A stretch of DNA of 64,000 nucleotides from Squalus acanthias. Its lineage: Eukaryota. Each line of letters opens with the position of its first letter. Position 1 is the stretch's first letter. A program made the position numbers and the translations under genes. Positions 26,288-38,700 of this stretch are shown piece by piece. The stretch is taken from the NCBI GenBank assembly GCA_030390025.1, contig CM059431.1:149670001-149734000 (forward strand), written 5' to 3'. The notes beneath the pieces are model-generated. The model was not told the origin of the DNA. It saw only the letters and a program-made list of their open reading frames with translations, and made no database searches.

Positions 26288-26690
26288 AACAATGACAACT
26301 TGCATTTATATAGCGCCGTTCAAGTAATAAAATGTCCAAACGCGCTTCCCAGAATAGTTAAGAAACAAGCGTTGTCACCGAACCAGTTAAGGAGATATTA
26401 AGAGAGCTGACCGAAAGATTGGTCTAAGAGTAAATATATAAAAAGTACTAAAATGAGGAGAGGTTCAGTGAGGAAAATGCAGAGCTGAGGGTCTCGACGG
26501 CTGAAGGCACGGCCGTCAATGGAGTGGGGTTGCAAATCTGTGATTCAGTCGAGGTCAGAATTGGAGTAGCGAAGATATCTCGCAGGGTTGCAGAACTGGC
26601 GATGGTTGTACAGATAGGAAGGGGTGATGCGATGGAGAGTTCCGAACTCGGGAATGAACATATTAAATTGGAGGCCAGTGTGGATCAGCG
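26288..26690 (-). mobile_element. Old L2-type LINE/DeuSINE-like 3' end fragment
   Basis: ACAACTTGCATTTATATAGCGCC...GCGCTT is the reverse complement of a typical L2-group 3' terminus (recognised from memory). Confidence 0.55.
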
Positions 26691-26699
26691 AACACGGGA

Positions 26700-28190
26700 C
26701 CCGACAAACCTTGGTCCTTTTCAAAGAGTGACGTCAGAAGTTAAAAGTGACGTCGGCACAAAGGAGGGAGCTGATTGGTGAGTATCCGGTAAGTGTTTTT
26801 AATTTTTACTTGGCTTTCTTAAGGTTTTAAGTTTATTCCAACGAGGTTAGTAAATTCGAAATTAATTAGAGGTATAGCAGGGCAGCACACACCCGTGGAA
26901 TGCACATTCTGTGCCCTGTGGGAAGTACTGGACACCTCTCGTGATCTGGTCGACCACATGTGCGGGAAGTGTCGCCAGCTGGAGCAACTCCAGCACCGGG
27001 TTACGGAGCTTGACCGGCGGTTGCAGTCACTGCTGTGCATTCACGAGGCTGAGAGCTACGTGGCTAACACGTTTCGGGAGGTGGTCACCCCGCAGCTTAA
27101 GAGTGTGCAGGCAGAGAGGGAATGGGTGACGGTCAGACAGAAGGGGAGGACCAGGCAGGGTGTCCAGGAGTTCCCTGAGCCCATCTTGGTCACCAACCAG
27201 GATTCGGTACCGAGTACTGGTGAGGGCAATGGTTCCTCTGGGGAGTGCAGCCACAGCCAAGTCCACAGCACCGTGGAAGGCTCAGCTGCACACAAGCGCG
27301 GGCGGGGGGGTTGGCGTTGAAGAGGAGAGGTAGAGCACTAGTGTTTGGGGACTCAATAATTAGGGGAGCAGACAGATTGTTTATGCGGCCGCAGACGTGA
27401 CTCCAGGATGGTATGTTGCCTCCCTGGTTCCAGGGTCAAGAATATCACTGAACGGCTGCAGGGCATTCAGAGGGGTGACAGTGAGCAGCCAGAGGTCGTG
27501 GTCCAAATCGGTACCAACGACATAGGTAGGAAGAGCGATGACGTCCAGCAGGCAGAGTCTCGGGAGCTAGGAAATAGTTTAAAAAGCAGGATGTCAAAGG
27601 TCGTATATCCGGAATACTAACAGTGCCACGTGCTAACGTGGTAAGAAATAGAAAGATAGAGCAGATGAATGCGCGGCTGGAGAGATGGAGTAGGAGGGAG
27701 GGCTTTAAATTCCTAAGGAATTGGAAACATTTCTGGGGCAGGTGGGACCTCTACAAGCCAGACGGGTTGCATCTCAACGGAAACTGCACCAATATCCTCG
27801 CGGGAGAGTTACTATTGCTGTTGGGGAGGGTTTAAACTAGCTTGGCAGGGGGATGGGAACCTAAGTATAGAGTCAATAGGGAGGGAAGAAAAACTTGAAT
27901 TGGAAAACAAAAACGTAGAAAATAAATTGGAAGAACAGAGAGTCGATGGTAAGATAGTAGTCAACAAGGAGGTTTGCCTGCACTAAATGGTATATACTTC
28001 AATGTAAGGAATATAGCGAACAATGCAGATGAGCTGATGTTACAGGTAGACACTTGGTACTATGATAATATAGCTATTACATCGAGGTGGCTGAAATAAG
28101 GGCAGGTATGGCAGCTCAACATTCCTGGTTGCAGGATGTTCAGACGGGATAGAGAGAGAAGTAAAAAGGTAGGGGGTGGAGACGCGGTAC
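26700..28190 (+). mobile_element. CR1 LINE 5' part (5' UTR, ORF1, start of ORF2), 3'-truncated at the 32-bp satellite
   Basis: ECTFCALWE..HMCGKCRQL, VCCLPG..VVVQIGTNDIG and YKPDGLHLN (SGNH esterase), followed by the degenerate start of the endonuclease. Confidence 0.9.
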
Positions 28191-29205
28191 TGGGAGATTT
28201 ATTACTGAGTTCGACTACTCACTGGGGCATTTATTACTGAGTCCGACTCCTCAATGGGAGATTGATTACAGAGTCCAACTACTCACTGGGACTTATTACT
28301 GAGTTCGACACCTCACTGGGAGATTTACTCCAGAGTCCCACTCCTCACTGGGAGAATTATTACTGAGTCCGACTCCTCACTGGGACATTTATTACAGAGT
28401 CCGACTGCACACTGCGACATTTACTACAGAGTCCGACTCTTCACTGGAAGATTTTTTACAGATTCCGACTCCTCACTGGGAGATTTATTACTTAGGCCGA
28501 CTACACTCTGGGACATTTATTACTTAGGCCGACTACACACTGGGACATTTATTCCAGAGTCCGACTCCTCACTGGGAGATTTATTACCGAGTCCGACTTC
28601 TCACTGGGAGATTTATTACCGAGTCCGACTTCTCACTGGGAGATTTATTACCGAGTCCGACTTCTCACTGGGAGATTTATTACCGAGTCCGACTTCTCAC
28701 TGGGAGATTTATTACCGAGTCCGACACCTCACTGGGAGATTTATTACTGGGTCCGTCTCCTCACTGGGAGATTAATTACCGTGTCCGATTCCTCACTGGC
28801 GAATTTATTCCAGAGTCCAACTCTTCCTTGGAATGTATATTACTGAGTCCGACAGCTCACTGGGAGATTTATTACAGTGTCCGGCTCCTCACTTGCAGAT
28901 TTATTCCAGAATCCGTCTCCTCATTGGAAGATGTATTGCTGAGTCCGACTACTCACTCGGAGATTACTTCCTGAGATCGAATCCGCACTGCGACATTTAT
29001 TTCAGCGTTCGACACCTCACTGGTGGATTTAATCCAGAGTCCGACTCATCATTGGGAGATATATGACAGAGATCGACTTCTCACTGGGAGATTTATTACA
29101 GAGTCCGACTCATCACCGGGAGATTTATTACAGAGTCCGACTCATCAATGGTAGATTTATTAAAGAGTCTGTATCCGCACTGTGAGATTTATTACAGAGT
29201 TCGAC
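28188..29205. repeat. 32-bp tandem repeat (GAGTCCGACTCCTCACTGGGAGATTTATTACA)
   Basis: About 32 copies, with several identical consecutive units at 28589-28716. Confidence 0.95.
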
Positions 29206-30451
29206 TAAATGGATTATTACTAGTCATAGCCCATTTATGGCTAGCCCGGATCAGCCGTATTCCCCAGAATTTCACCTTCAACTAAATTTAGAGTTAGCCA
29301 AATCCTAAAAATCATTAAATGTGTCTAAAGGTCCAGACTATCTCTCCCTAAAGCAAAGGAATGAGCTGAAGATGTCACCGTCCTCCAGATAACACTTTTT
29401 AATAAGTTTAGCTAGACTGTAACCTTCCGGATATTATGAGGGTCCGGAAAATTCCCCCAGAATTCTGCAACTCCTCACCAAAGAATTTACACAGATTGAG
29501 TTTGGGAGTTGGATACAGAAATACTATTTGGGACAAATATAAAAATATATAGAATTATTTAAGAACCGAGATGTAATTACAGTTGTTGATTCAATCGCAA
29601 CTTTCACAATTCCAAAAAAAAATTATATTCTTATCATCAGAGATCTTTTTTTCTTATTTCTTACCTTCGTTACATTTTTACATTTCTTAGTCTATTCCAG
29701 GATATCTACCAAAATCAAATACAAGTACCTTTGATCCCCGAGACTTAAAGAGTTGAAAACTTACAGAGCTTGCCTCTAAAGCCTGCGAACCTCTTTGCCA
29801 CTTCAGCGACTCTATCTTCCTATTTGAAAGTTCTATATGTATACTCTTTCTCTCTGATGTATCCTTTGAAGTTTTCTGCTGATGTAAGCTAATTAACTCT
29901 AGTAAGTTTTCTGTTGACCCCTTCTATTCTTACAGTTAGTTCAGCTTGTAGCTTGTAGAATTGTGTCTGCTGTGTAGGTGTCTCAAACTTATCATAAAAA
30001 ACGGTGTAAAGATGTAATTCTTACCAAGGGCTTCTGTTTAATTCATAATTCACCTTAGCTGGTTGCAACACAGATTTGTGTCTCCTAGGTGTTCGAAGTT
30101 CAACACAAAAACAATGTGATGGCTGTTACATCTATTGATATCATTCTTACGAAAGCATATGTTTCTTTATCAATCTCTGTTTCTTTTCAAAGTGTTGGTT
30201 TAAGATACCTTTAACTGGGTATGGTATTGTCTTGTTTCCAAAGCTGCAGACATCTCGGAACCTTTAACCTTCTATTTCAATGAAGCTATTGTTCATGTTT
30301 CAAAAACTTATCTTATCTCAAAGGCCTGTATGCTGATTATAGCTTCTGATTGTTGAGGCTTTCTGATTTCCAAGCACAATTTGTAATGTTGAATACAGTC
30401 AGAATTATTTAATAGGATGTTGTATATTTCTGAAAATGGCATATTCCTTCA
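29206..30451 (-). repeat. 3' LTR of the foamy-like ERV
   Basis: Colinear with 40848-42125. Minus-strand start TGAAGGAATAT follows the PPT. Confidence 0.9.
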
Positions 30452-30455
30452 CACA

Positions 30456-30463
30456 CCCCTCTT
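30456..30463 (-). promoter_or_regulatory. Polypurine tract
   Basis: AAGAGGGG lies 4 nt upstream of the 3' LTR on the minus strand. Confidence 0.65.
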
Positions 30464-30622
30464 GACCAAAAAATGAACTGGACCATCTGGATAGAGTTTG
30501 GTCAATGTTTATAATAAGGTTACAACAGCACATTAATTTCAGGAGATTCACAATCATGTGCTACATGAAAATTTATTTTAATTCATCATAGGACAACGTT
30601 TTTCTCTTATTTTAAATTGAAC

Positions 30623-31068
30623 TCAATTTAAAAGGATGATAGGTACATAGTCATGCATGTAGCAAAACAGCATGTACTTAGAATCTTCAGTCGGCAGATG
30701 TACGTTCCGTAGAGATGAGTTATTCATACGAGTCAAGGAGACGTCATTTGGAATTTGCTGAAGCTTGACACGCTTTTCCGTCGATCCGGCATGTGTACAG
30801 ATTCTTGTTTTCACAAAGGCCTTGCCAGGCGCACAGTTGATTCCTTCTTCATCCGTGGTGTCTTTCGTCCTCGCTGACGAAACTCGTTGATCTTTCCTTG
30901 TTTCGGCTGTTGCTTTTCGTGACACCAATTCCTGATGCGCTGACAAGCATCGTGTGGAGGAGTCAGCGACACCATCAGATTAAACATCGTCAGTATTTCG
31001 ATCGCATCCATTTCTGTGTCGTGCTCCAAGCTGGGTCTTGAAAACCAGTGTGCGACTGCACCTTGCAT
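30623..31068 (-). pseudogene. Remnant ORFs between pol and the 3' LTR (env leader and/or accessory gene residue)
   Basis: Overlapping ORFs 30811-31068 and 30623-30946 start at the end of IN. No SU/TM sequence is recognisable. Confidence 0.4.
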
Positions 31069-31084
31069 TGTTCCTCCATTTCGG

Positions 31085-34000
31085 TATCCCCCAGGACATC
31101 TTTTTGAGATTTTCGATGGAAACAGTTTTAAGAATATGCTTGCCAGTCGGCTAATTAATATGTATTTGAACTGTTCTTTCGTTAATAACAGAATGTATTT
31201 GAACAGGTTTTTTCCACTTCGATCTTAAACCAGGTTTTTGCTCGAACTTCTATTCCTGTCCCATTCTCCTACTAGGGGTTGCCATGCTTTGTTTCTCAAT
31301 TTTTTCTGCCTATTTGCTTCCTTTATCTTCTGATCAATTTGATGAATCTCCTCTGTTACTTCTTTTTTCAAATCTAACTGTCGCTGTCGGGTCAAGTTCT
31401 CAGGTCTGTAGAGGCAATAAAAGAACTATGGGTAAGCGGTGTATGCAGCTCAACCCCATACATCAGATAATATTGATTTTTAAGGGTCACTGTCCCTGAT
31501 GCAGATGCGGGCTCATAATTGAGTGTTAGCTGCACCTCCGTAATGATGGTGGTCCACTTATTCCCCTGATTCTCAACAGTTTGAGCAATACCTTTTTTTA
31601 CTTCCTGGTTTTTACGTTCCAGCAGCCCCGCTGATTGCGGATGATGTGGAGTGCTCTGCTCTAACCCAATCCCCCTTTGTTCGCAGTAGTCTTCGAAGAC
31701 CTTGGATACAAAGGCTCAGCCTTGATCAGAGTGTAAGATTTTATGTGCACCGGCTACAGTAATAATGTCAGAAATAGCATTGGCGAGTGTGTTTTCTGAA
31801 ACAGTTTTTGTGTGGACCAGCCAGCAGAAGGAAATGCATCCATCTACACAAACGAGAACATGTCTGTATCCCAAAGACGGGGGAAGTGGTCCAATAAAGT
31901 CAATAAAGAATATTCCCATTGCCTCATCAGCTTTCAAACGAGCCAATAGAAACATAGCCCGTCGAGCCTGCTCCACCATTCAATACGATCATGGCGGATC
32001 ATCCAAATCCAGTACCCTGTCCCTGCTTTCTCACACAGAATCCCCATCGAGCCTGCACCGACACATATCACCCCCCTCTCCCCGTAACCCCACGTATTTA
32101 ATTCCTCCTAACATATCCCTTCCTATCTTAACCCCGTAACCCCACATATTCAATCCCCCCCTAACACTAAGGGTCAATTTATCTTAGCCAAATCAACCTA
32201 ACCCGCACATTTTTGGACTGTGGGAGGAAACCGGAGCACCTGGAGGAAACCCACGCAGACACGGGGAGAATGTGCAAACTCCACACAGACAGTCACCCGA
32301 GGCCAGATTCGAACCCGGGTCCCTGGCGCTGTGAGGCAACAGTGCTAACTACTATGCCACCGTGTTGCATAGTAGTTAGCAATGGTGGTGGGTTAATTAG
32401 TGCTAACTTATTGGTTGCATTGCATAGCTCACAATTTGCCACAAACTTTTTACAGGACTTAAGCATGCCTGGCCACCAATATTAGGGGGACAATTTGCAG
32501 AATGTTGTTCTGGCTCCACAGTGTGCTTGACTTATGCCCTCGTGAGCTTCTTTTACAATCTGTTCTCGTTTGTGTCTTGGGGGTACTTATCGATTTCCTT
32601 TGGGCAACTTAACTAGCACAGTACCCGTAGGGGATTCTGAGTAAAAGTACTTTTGTGGAAATCCTGGTGGATTCTCTTTTGTTGGGTCTAATAGCTGAAT
32701 CAGTTCCTCATCCTGATTAGCTGCCCGTTCTGCCCTAGTGATTACAATAACACTGGCAGGCCCCTCTCGAGGGGGTGATATGCAGACCGAGCGTTTCGCT
32801 TGTTCGTCTGCAAGACTGTTTCCTTTGAGTGTACTATCCCAGTTGTATGCCCGTTTACATGAATCACCTGACAATTCTGTTTCTCCATTCTAGAACGGAG
32901 AATGTCTTCCAACAATTACTTATGTTTTATTGGTTTACCTTATGGTTGGTAAGATTTGTTTGTTCCCAGAAAACTAGATCTTGGTTTTATCCTCTTTTAC
33001 AACAGTCACTATCCATACAGACCAGTTTGAGTTTAATAAGGTCTACCTTTTCTAATGCATACCATAATGCTGGGGCTTCAGCAATATTTCGCTGTCTTAT
33101 GGCCAAGGGTTATAGTCAGTAATTCTTCTGGATAAAAAGAATCGAAATCTCGAAATGTCCCTACTACTATCCCCATCCCAGCTGAGGATTGTTGGGATGT
33201 CCATTTTTAAATCATGATTGACGATCCATCGCAGTAAATTATTTGATCTTATTCTGTAAGCGGTCTCATAGGTTTTTGTTTTATTGCCTCTCCGTATCAT
33301 CATCCTCCATGATGGGGACATGCTGTAAGTCCATTTCCGGGGAGAAGAATTTACAAATGAGTGTAGAATCATTCAAGAACGATGCCCATTTATCATATCG
33401 GATCTGGGTGGCTCTTTTTTCATCAGACGCCATCATCAATACTGATCTTAAATCGGAATCTCAGTGTAGATGGTAATGGGGTATTTCCATTGAAGGGTTC
33501 GTGCCTTGAAGAGGCATTGGACTCCCATAATCATGACCCTTTCTTTTTTAATGTATCTCGTTTCGACGTTGGAAATGTTCTAAGAATGGAAATGAATGGT
33601 TACAATGCCCTTTTCATTATATAAAACTGCAACTGCCACTTTAGGAGATGACAGGAGATGAATATTAAGAGGAACTTTTAAGTCTCTCTGTTCCAGGTCT
33701 ATGGCATTATGTACATATCGGCATAATTGTTGCCATTTTGAGTAATTGTCTGGAGAAAATGTGAATGGTCCTTTTGCTGCTTCTCTCACTCTAGCATACA
33801 GGGGTGCTGAGAGCTCGGCAACGTTTGGCGTAAAGTATCGAGCAAAACTCAGGAGTCCTGAACTTGCTTGCAGATTTTTCAGAGTTTTAGGATATTGAAT
33901 ATTGGCTATTTTTTCTTAATAGGTTTTAGTTAATATTTATATTTTTCCCTCGTGATTCCAGAGAGAAGGGCTGTTAATTTTGCTGTTGTGCAGTATGTGT

Positions 34001-34730
34001 GGCGGGCACCCTATTTAAGGCTCTATAATCGACACTAATCTCCATATCCCATCTGGTTTAGCAACACCAAACAATGGTGACTTAGTTCTAGATGCCATTT
34101 TGATTAAGATATCTTACTCTGTTAGTTCTTTGAGCGTTTTTAGGAGATCTATTTTTCCTTTGTGGTCTTGAATAGGTCACTGTTTTTTAGGTTTGTGCCA
34201 GCCAGCATCAGGTGGGTGGGGTTTGATGTCTAGCTTTTCGCATTGAATTGGATGGCGTTATAGATAAGGGTTGTATCTATTAATTAGTTGCTCGAGGAGA
34301 TCTTTTCCTCCCCCCTCTTAGCAAGTTCGATCAAGCAGTGTCCGAACACGTTTTTCCCTGTCATTCTGGTCTGTTGATGCTTCTACAGGTCTGGTTGAGA
34401 TTTTAAGGTAATATTTCATGTCTGGTTTTCCTATAATGAGGGAACAGGCCAATTGTGGTACCAGTCCTACATCTAGGGTCACCGTGATTCCATATACAGT
34501 AATAGGTATTTTGTATAAATTAATTACTTTGGTTTTGTCTTGTGTGAATCCCCCAAATGATCTTTTACAAATTGGGCTCCCCAAATGTGTCCACTTAGTT
34601 TTTATAATTGCAGGATCTATTACAGTTTAATCAGCACCCGTTTCAAACAGGGCCTTCACTTGTGTGTTTGTGTGTAAGGTTGCCAGGGCATAGGGGAATT
34701 CAAGAGGACCTGGCTGGGTGCCAGCCCTGC
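31085..34730 (-). pseudogene. pol: Foamy-like pol (PR-RT-RNase H-IN) with stops, frameshifts, an RT-palm deletion and a SINE insertion
   Basis: PR KALFETGAD. RT PLFGVAKPDGIWRLV.DYRALN and PKTLKNLQ..GLLSFARYF. Connection KRATQIRYDKWASFLND. RNase H IYCDGSSI and KGNSLADEQAK. IN N-terminal extension ELIQLLDP..PGFPQKY, HHCC (AHEG..AHCG..WWPGM..CELC), core FFIDFIGPLPPSLGYRHVLVCVD..HSDQG, and CTD WQPLVGEW.QE..LRSKWKKP..INERTV..KTVSIENLK. Confidence 0.92.
31946..32368 (-). mobile_element. HE1-like tRNA-derived V-SINE inserted in the integrase
   Basis: Head with A box (TGGCATAGTAG) and B box (GGTTCGAATC), V-domain-like GTGTGGAGTTTGCACATTCTCCCCGTG, and CR1-type tail. Near-identical to 60835-61262. Confidence 0.9.
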
Positions 34731-35724
34731 AATCCTGGGATTTTTCATTATCAGGATCCTGAGTTTCATTTGCTGCTTTGTCTTTAATTATTTTAAATGA
34801 TTTTTGTTCCTCCCTCTTTGGGGTTTTATATTTTCCAGATCCCTGAGGGGGTTTTTCGGACCGTTTATTATCTTGACGATTCTGTTGTTGGGCTGGATTT
34901 TGGTTCTGCTGGGAATCTTTTTGATCGCCATTTCTGTTTTCCATGGCTGTCTGATAAATTTGGCCAGTGTAAAAGCTGTCCCCATAGGGAGTCCACGGTC
35001 CTTCGCTTTTGTTTCGAGATCTTGCCACTCGTCTTTCCCATCTTTCTGGGGAGAAATCTTTCTCATATTGTGGGCGAGTTGGGGGTGTAAACCTTCTGGA
35101 ATACCCTCTTAGGTGTCCCGAGCCACGGCTTTGTGTCTGGGCGGGGTGGATTGAGACTTGAGTCCATACGTCCCTTCTTTCTGAGTACCAAAGCTATCAT
35201 CTCCGGTTTTTTTCCCCGAGTTTCAGATCTCATTACAGGTTTACTTCGAGGTAGACCTAAGAGGTCATGATTTAATTGTACCATGCGATTCACAATATCC
35301 CATCTTGGTTGGTTATCTCGATAATCGTTTAGTGCACACTCACAGGCAAGTTTGAGGGCTGTATTTCGGTATTGATTGGCGAGGCAACCATGGAAAATGT
35401 CCCAGTTATCCTGTGTAACTACTTTGCCTAATCTGTAGGCAGTTACCAGCCTCATAGTTGTGGCTGCATTAGTGAGTATTTCCTTAATGGAAACCATTAC
35501 ATGCCCTCTTTGAGTTGCCCTGAGAACATAGGCGTATATTTTAAACCAATTTTTACACTGGTTTAATGGGTAAATTTAGTCTGAACTTAGTATCATTTGC
35601 AGTAGTTGTCGGAGGGGTTGGGCATTCCAATCTAGGCAACAGGATTCCAATTTATCAAGGTTAGTTAGAATCCAGCAGGTTTTTTTCCCGACTGGTGTTT
35701 CCCGGTCTACCAGACATTGTGTAG
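34731..35724 (-). pseudogene. gag: Foamy-like gag, capsid-like central and basic C-terminal part
   Basis: RLVTAYRLGKVVTQDNWDIFHGCL...QLNHDLLGLP resembles the foamy Gag central domain (TAFNLG...NWSLVWG...YTMLGL, recalled). Q/N/K/R-rich tail with no CCHC knuckle. Confidence 0.8.
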
Positions 35725-38700
35725 ATAGAAGCATAGAAGCATAGAAGCATAGAAGATAGGAGCAGGAGTAGGCCATTCGGCCCCTCGAGCATGCTCCGCT
35801 TTTTAATGAGATCATGGCTGATCATCGAAATTCAGTACCCTGTCCCTGCTTTCTACCCATATCCCTTGATCTCTTTAGTCTTAAGAAATATATCTGTCTC
35901 CTTCTTCAATATATTTAATGAATTGGTCTCAACTGCCTTCCCGTGTAGAGAATTCCAGAGGTTCACCACTCTCTGGGTGAAGAAATTCCTCCTCATCTCA
36001 GTCCTAAATTGATTACCCCTTATCCTTAGACTGTGAGCTCTGGTTCTGGACTCCCCCGCCATCGGGACATCCTTCCTGCATCTAGTCTGTCTAGTCCTGT
36101 TAGAATTTTATAAGTTTAAATGTGATCACCCTCATTCTACGAAACTCTATCGAATATAAACCTGACCGACCCACTCTCTCTTCATACGTCATTCCGGCCA
36201 TCCCAGGTATCAGTCTGGTAAATCTTCGCTGCATTCCCTCCATGGCAGGAATATCCTTCCTCAGATAAGGCGAACAAAACTGCACACAATACTCAAGGTG
36301 TGGTCTCACCAAGGCCTTGTACAACTGCAGCAAGACATCCTTGCTCATGTACTCGAATCCTCTCGCCTATGAAGGCCAACATACCATTTGCCTTCTTAAC
36401 AGCCTGCTGCACCTGGATGCTTACCTTCAGTGACTGGTGCACAAGGACACCCATATCATGTTGCACTTCCCCTTTTCCAAATGTATTGCCTTTCAGATAA
36501 TAATCTGTCTTCCTGTTTTGGAAACAAAGTGGATAACCTCGCATTTATCCACATTATACTGCGTCTGCCATGCATCTGCCCAATCACCCATACTGTCCAA
36601 ATCATACTGGAGTTTCTCTGCATCCTCCTCACAGCACACACGCCCACCCAGCTTTGTGTCGTCTGCAAATTTAGAGATATTACATCTAGTTCCCTCGTCT
36701 AGATCATTAATATATATTGTGAATAGCTGGGGTCCTAGCACCGATCCCTGTGGTACCCCACTAGTCATTGCGTGCCACTCAGAAAAATACCCGTTTATTC
36801 CAACTCTTTGCTTCGTGTCTGCAAAACAGTTCTCTATCCAAATCAGTACCTCACCCCCAATCCCATGTGCTTTAACTTTTTTACGCTAATCTATTATGCG
36901 GGACCTTATCGAAAGCCTTCAGAAAGCCCAAATACACCACATCCACTGTTTTTCCCTTGTCTATTCTAACAGTTAGATCCTCAAAAAATTCCAGCAGATT
37001 AGTCAGGCATGATTTCCATTTTGTAAATCCATGTTGTCTTTGTCCGATCCTGTCACTGTTTTCCAAGTTCTCTGCTTTTACAGCTTTTATAATGGACTCT
37101 AGCATTTTGCCTACTATCGATGTCAGGCTTACCGGTCGATAATTCACCGTTATTTCTCTACCATTTTTTTAAATAGTGGGTTAACATTAGCTACCCTCCA
37201 ATCCATGGGAACTGTTCCAGAGTCTATAGAATTTTGAAAGATGATCAGCAATGCTTCTATTATTTTTAGGGCCACTTCCTTAAGTACCCTAGGATGTAGA
37301 TTACCAGGCGCTGGGGATTTATCGGCTTTCAATCCCGTCAATTTCCCTAACACCATTTCCCTACAAATAGTGATTTCATTTAGTTACTCCCTCTCATTAG
37401 ACCTATGTTCTCCGACATCGCTGGGAGTTTATTTGTGTCCTCCTTCCTGAAGACAGAACCAAAGTATGCATTTAATTCGTCAGCCATTTCTTTGTTACCC
37501 ATTTTAAATTCCCCTGATTCTGACAGCAAGGGTCCTACGCTTGAATTCATCTATCTTTTTCTCTTCACATATCTATAGAAGCTTTTACGGTCAGTTTTTA
37601 TATTCCCTGATGCTTACGCTCATATTTTATTTTCCCCCTCTTAATTAATTCCTTTGTCCTTCTTTGCTGAATCCTAAACTGCTCCCAATCCTCAGGTTTG
37701 CTGCTTTTTCTGCCCAAATTCTATGTCCTCTCCTTGGATCTTATGCTATCCCTAATTTCCGATGTTAGCCACGATTGAGTCACCTTTTTTTTTATTCCAA
37801 TCAGGGATGAACTAATTCTGTAGTTCATTCTTGCGATCTTTAAATGTTTGCCATTGCCTATCCACCATCAAACCTTTAAGTAACACTCCCCAATCCACCT
37901 TAGCCAACTCGCGCTTCATAACATCATAGTTATCTTTAATTAAATTCAGGACCCTAGTCTCTGAGTCAACTACTTCACTCTCCATCTTAATGAAGATTTC
38001 TATCATATTATGATCGCTCCTCCACAAGGGGCCTAGCACAACAAGATTTCTAATTAATCCTTTTCATTATATAATACCCAGTCTAAGATGGTCTGAACTC
38101 TAGTTGGTTCCTCAACATATTGGTCCAGGAATCCATCCCGTATACACTCTAGGAATTCCTCCTCCACAGTATTGTTACTAATTTGGTTAGCCCAATCTAT
38201 ATGTAGATTATAGTCACCCATGATAACTGCTGTGCCCTTATTGCACTCATCTCTAATTTCCCGTTTAATGCTATCCCCAACCTCAGTATTACTGTTTGGG
38301 GGTCTGTATACAACTACCACTAACGTTTTCTGCCCGTTGGTATTACAAAGCTCGACCCATGCAGATTGCAATTCATCAGAGCTAATATCCTTCCTTACTA
38401 TTGTGTTAATATCGCTTTAACCAGCAAAGCTACCCCACCTCCTTTTCCTTTTTATGTCCTCCTGAATATCGAATACCCTTGGATGTTGAATTACCAGCCG
38501 TGGTCACCCTGGAGCCATGTCTTCGTAATCCCAATTATATCATATCCACGTACATCTATTTGCGCAGCTAATTCATCCACCTTATTGCGAATGCTTGTCG
38601 CATTAAGACACAAAGCCTTCAGACTTGTTTTTAATACACTCTTAGTTCTTTTATAATTATTTATACTCTAGCCGTGTTGGATTTACACACTTGATTTCTC

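Noticed and set aside
28188..29205. CRISPR-like 32-bp periodicity (also the 33- and 36-bp arrays)
   Set aside because: Head-to-tail repeats without unique spacers, no cas genes, and a vertebrate context.
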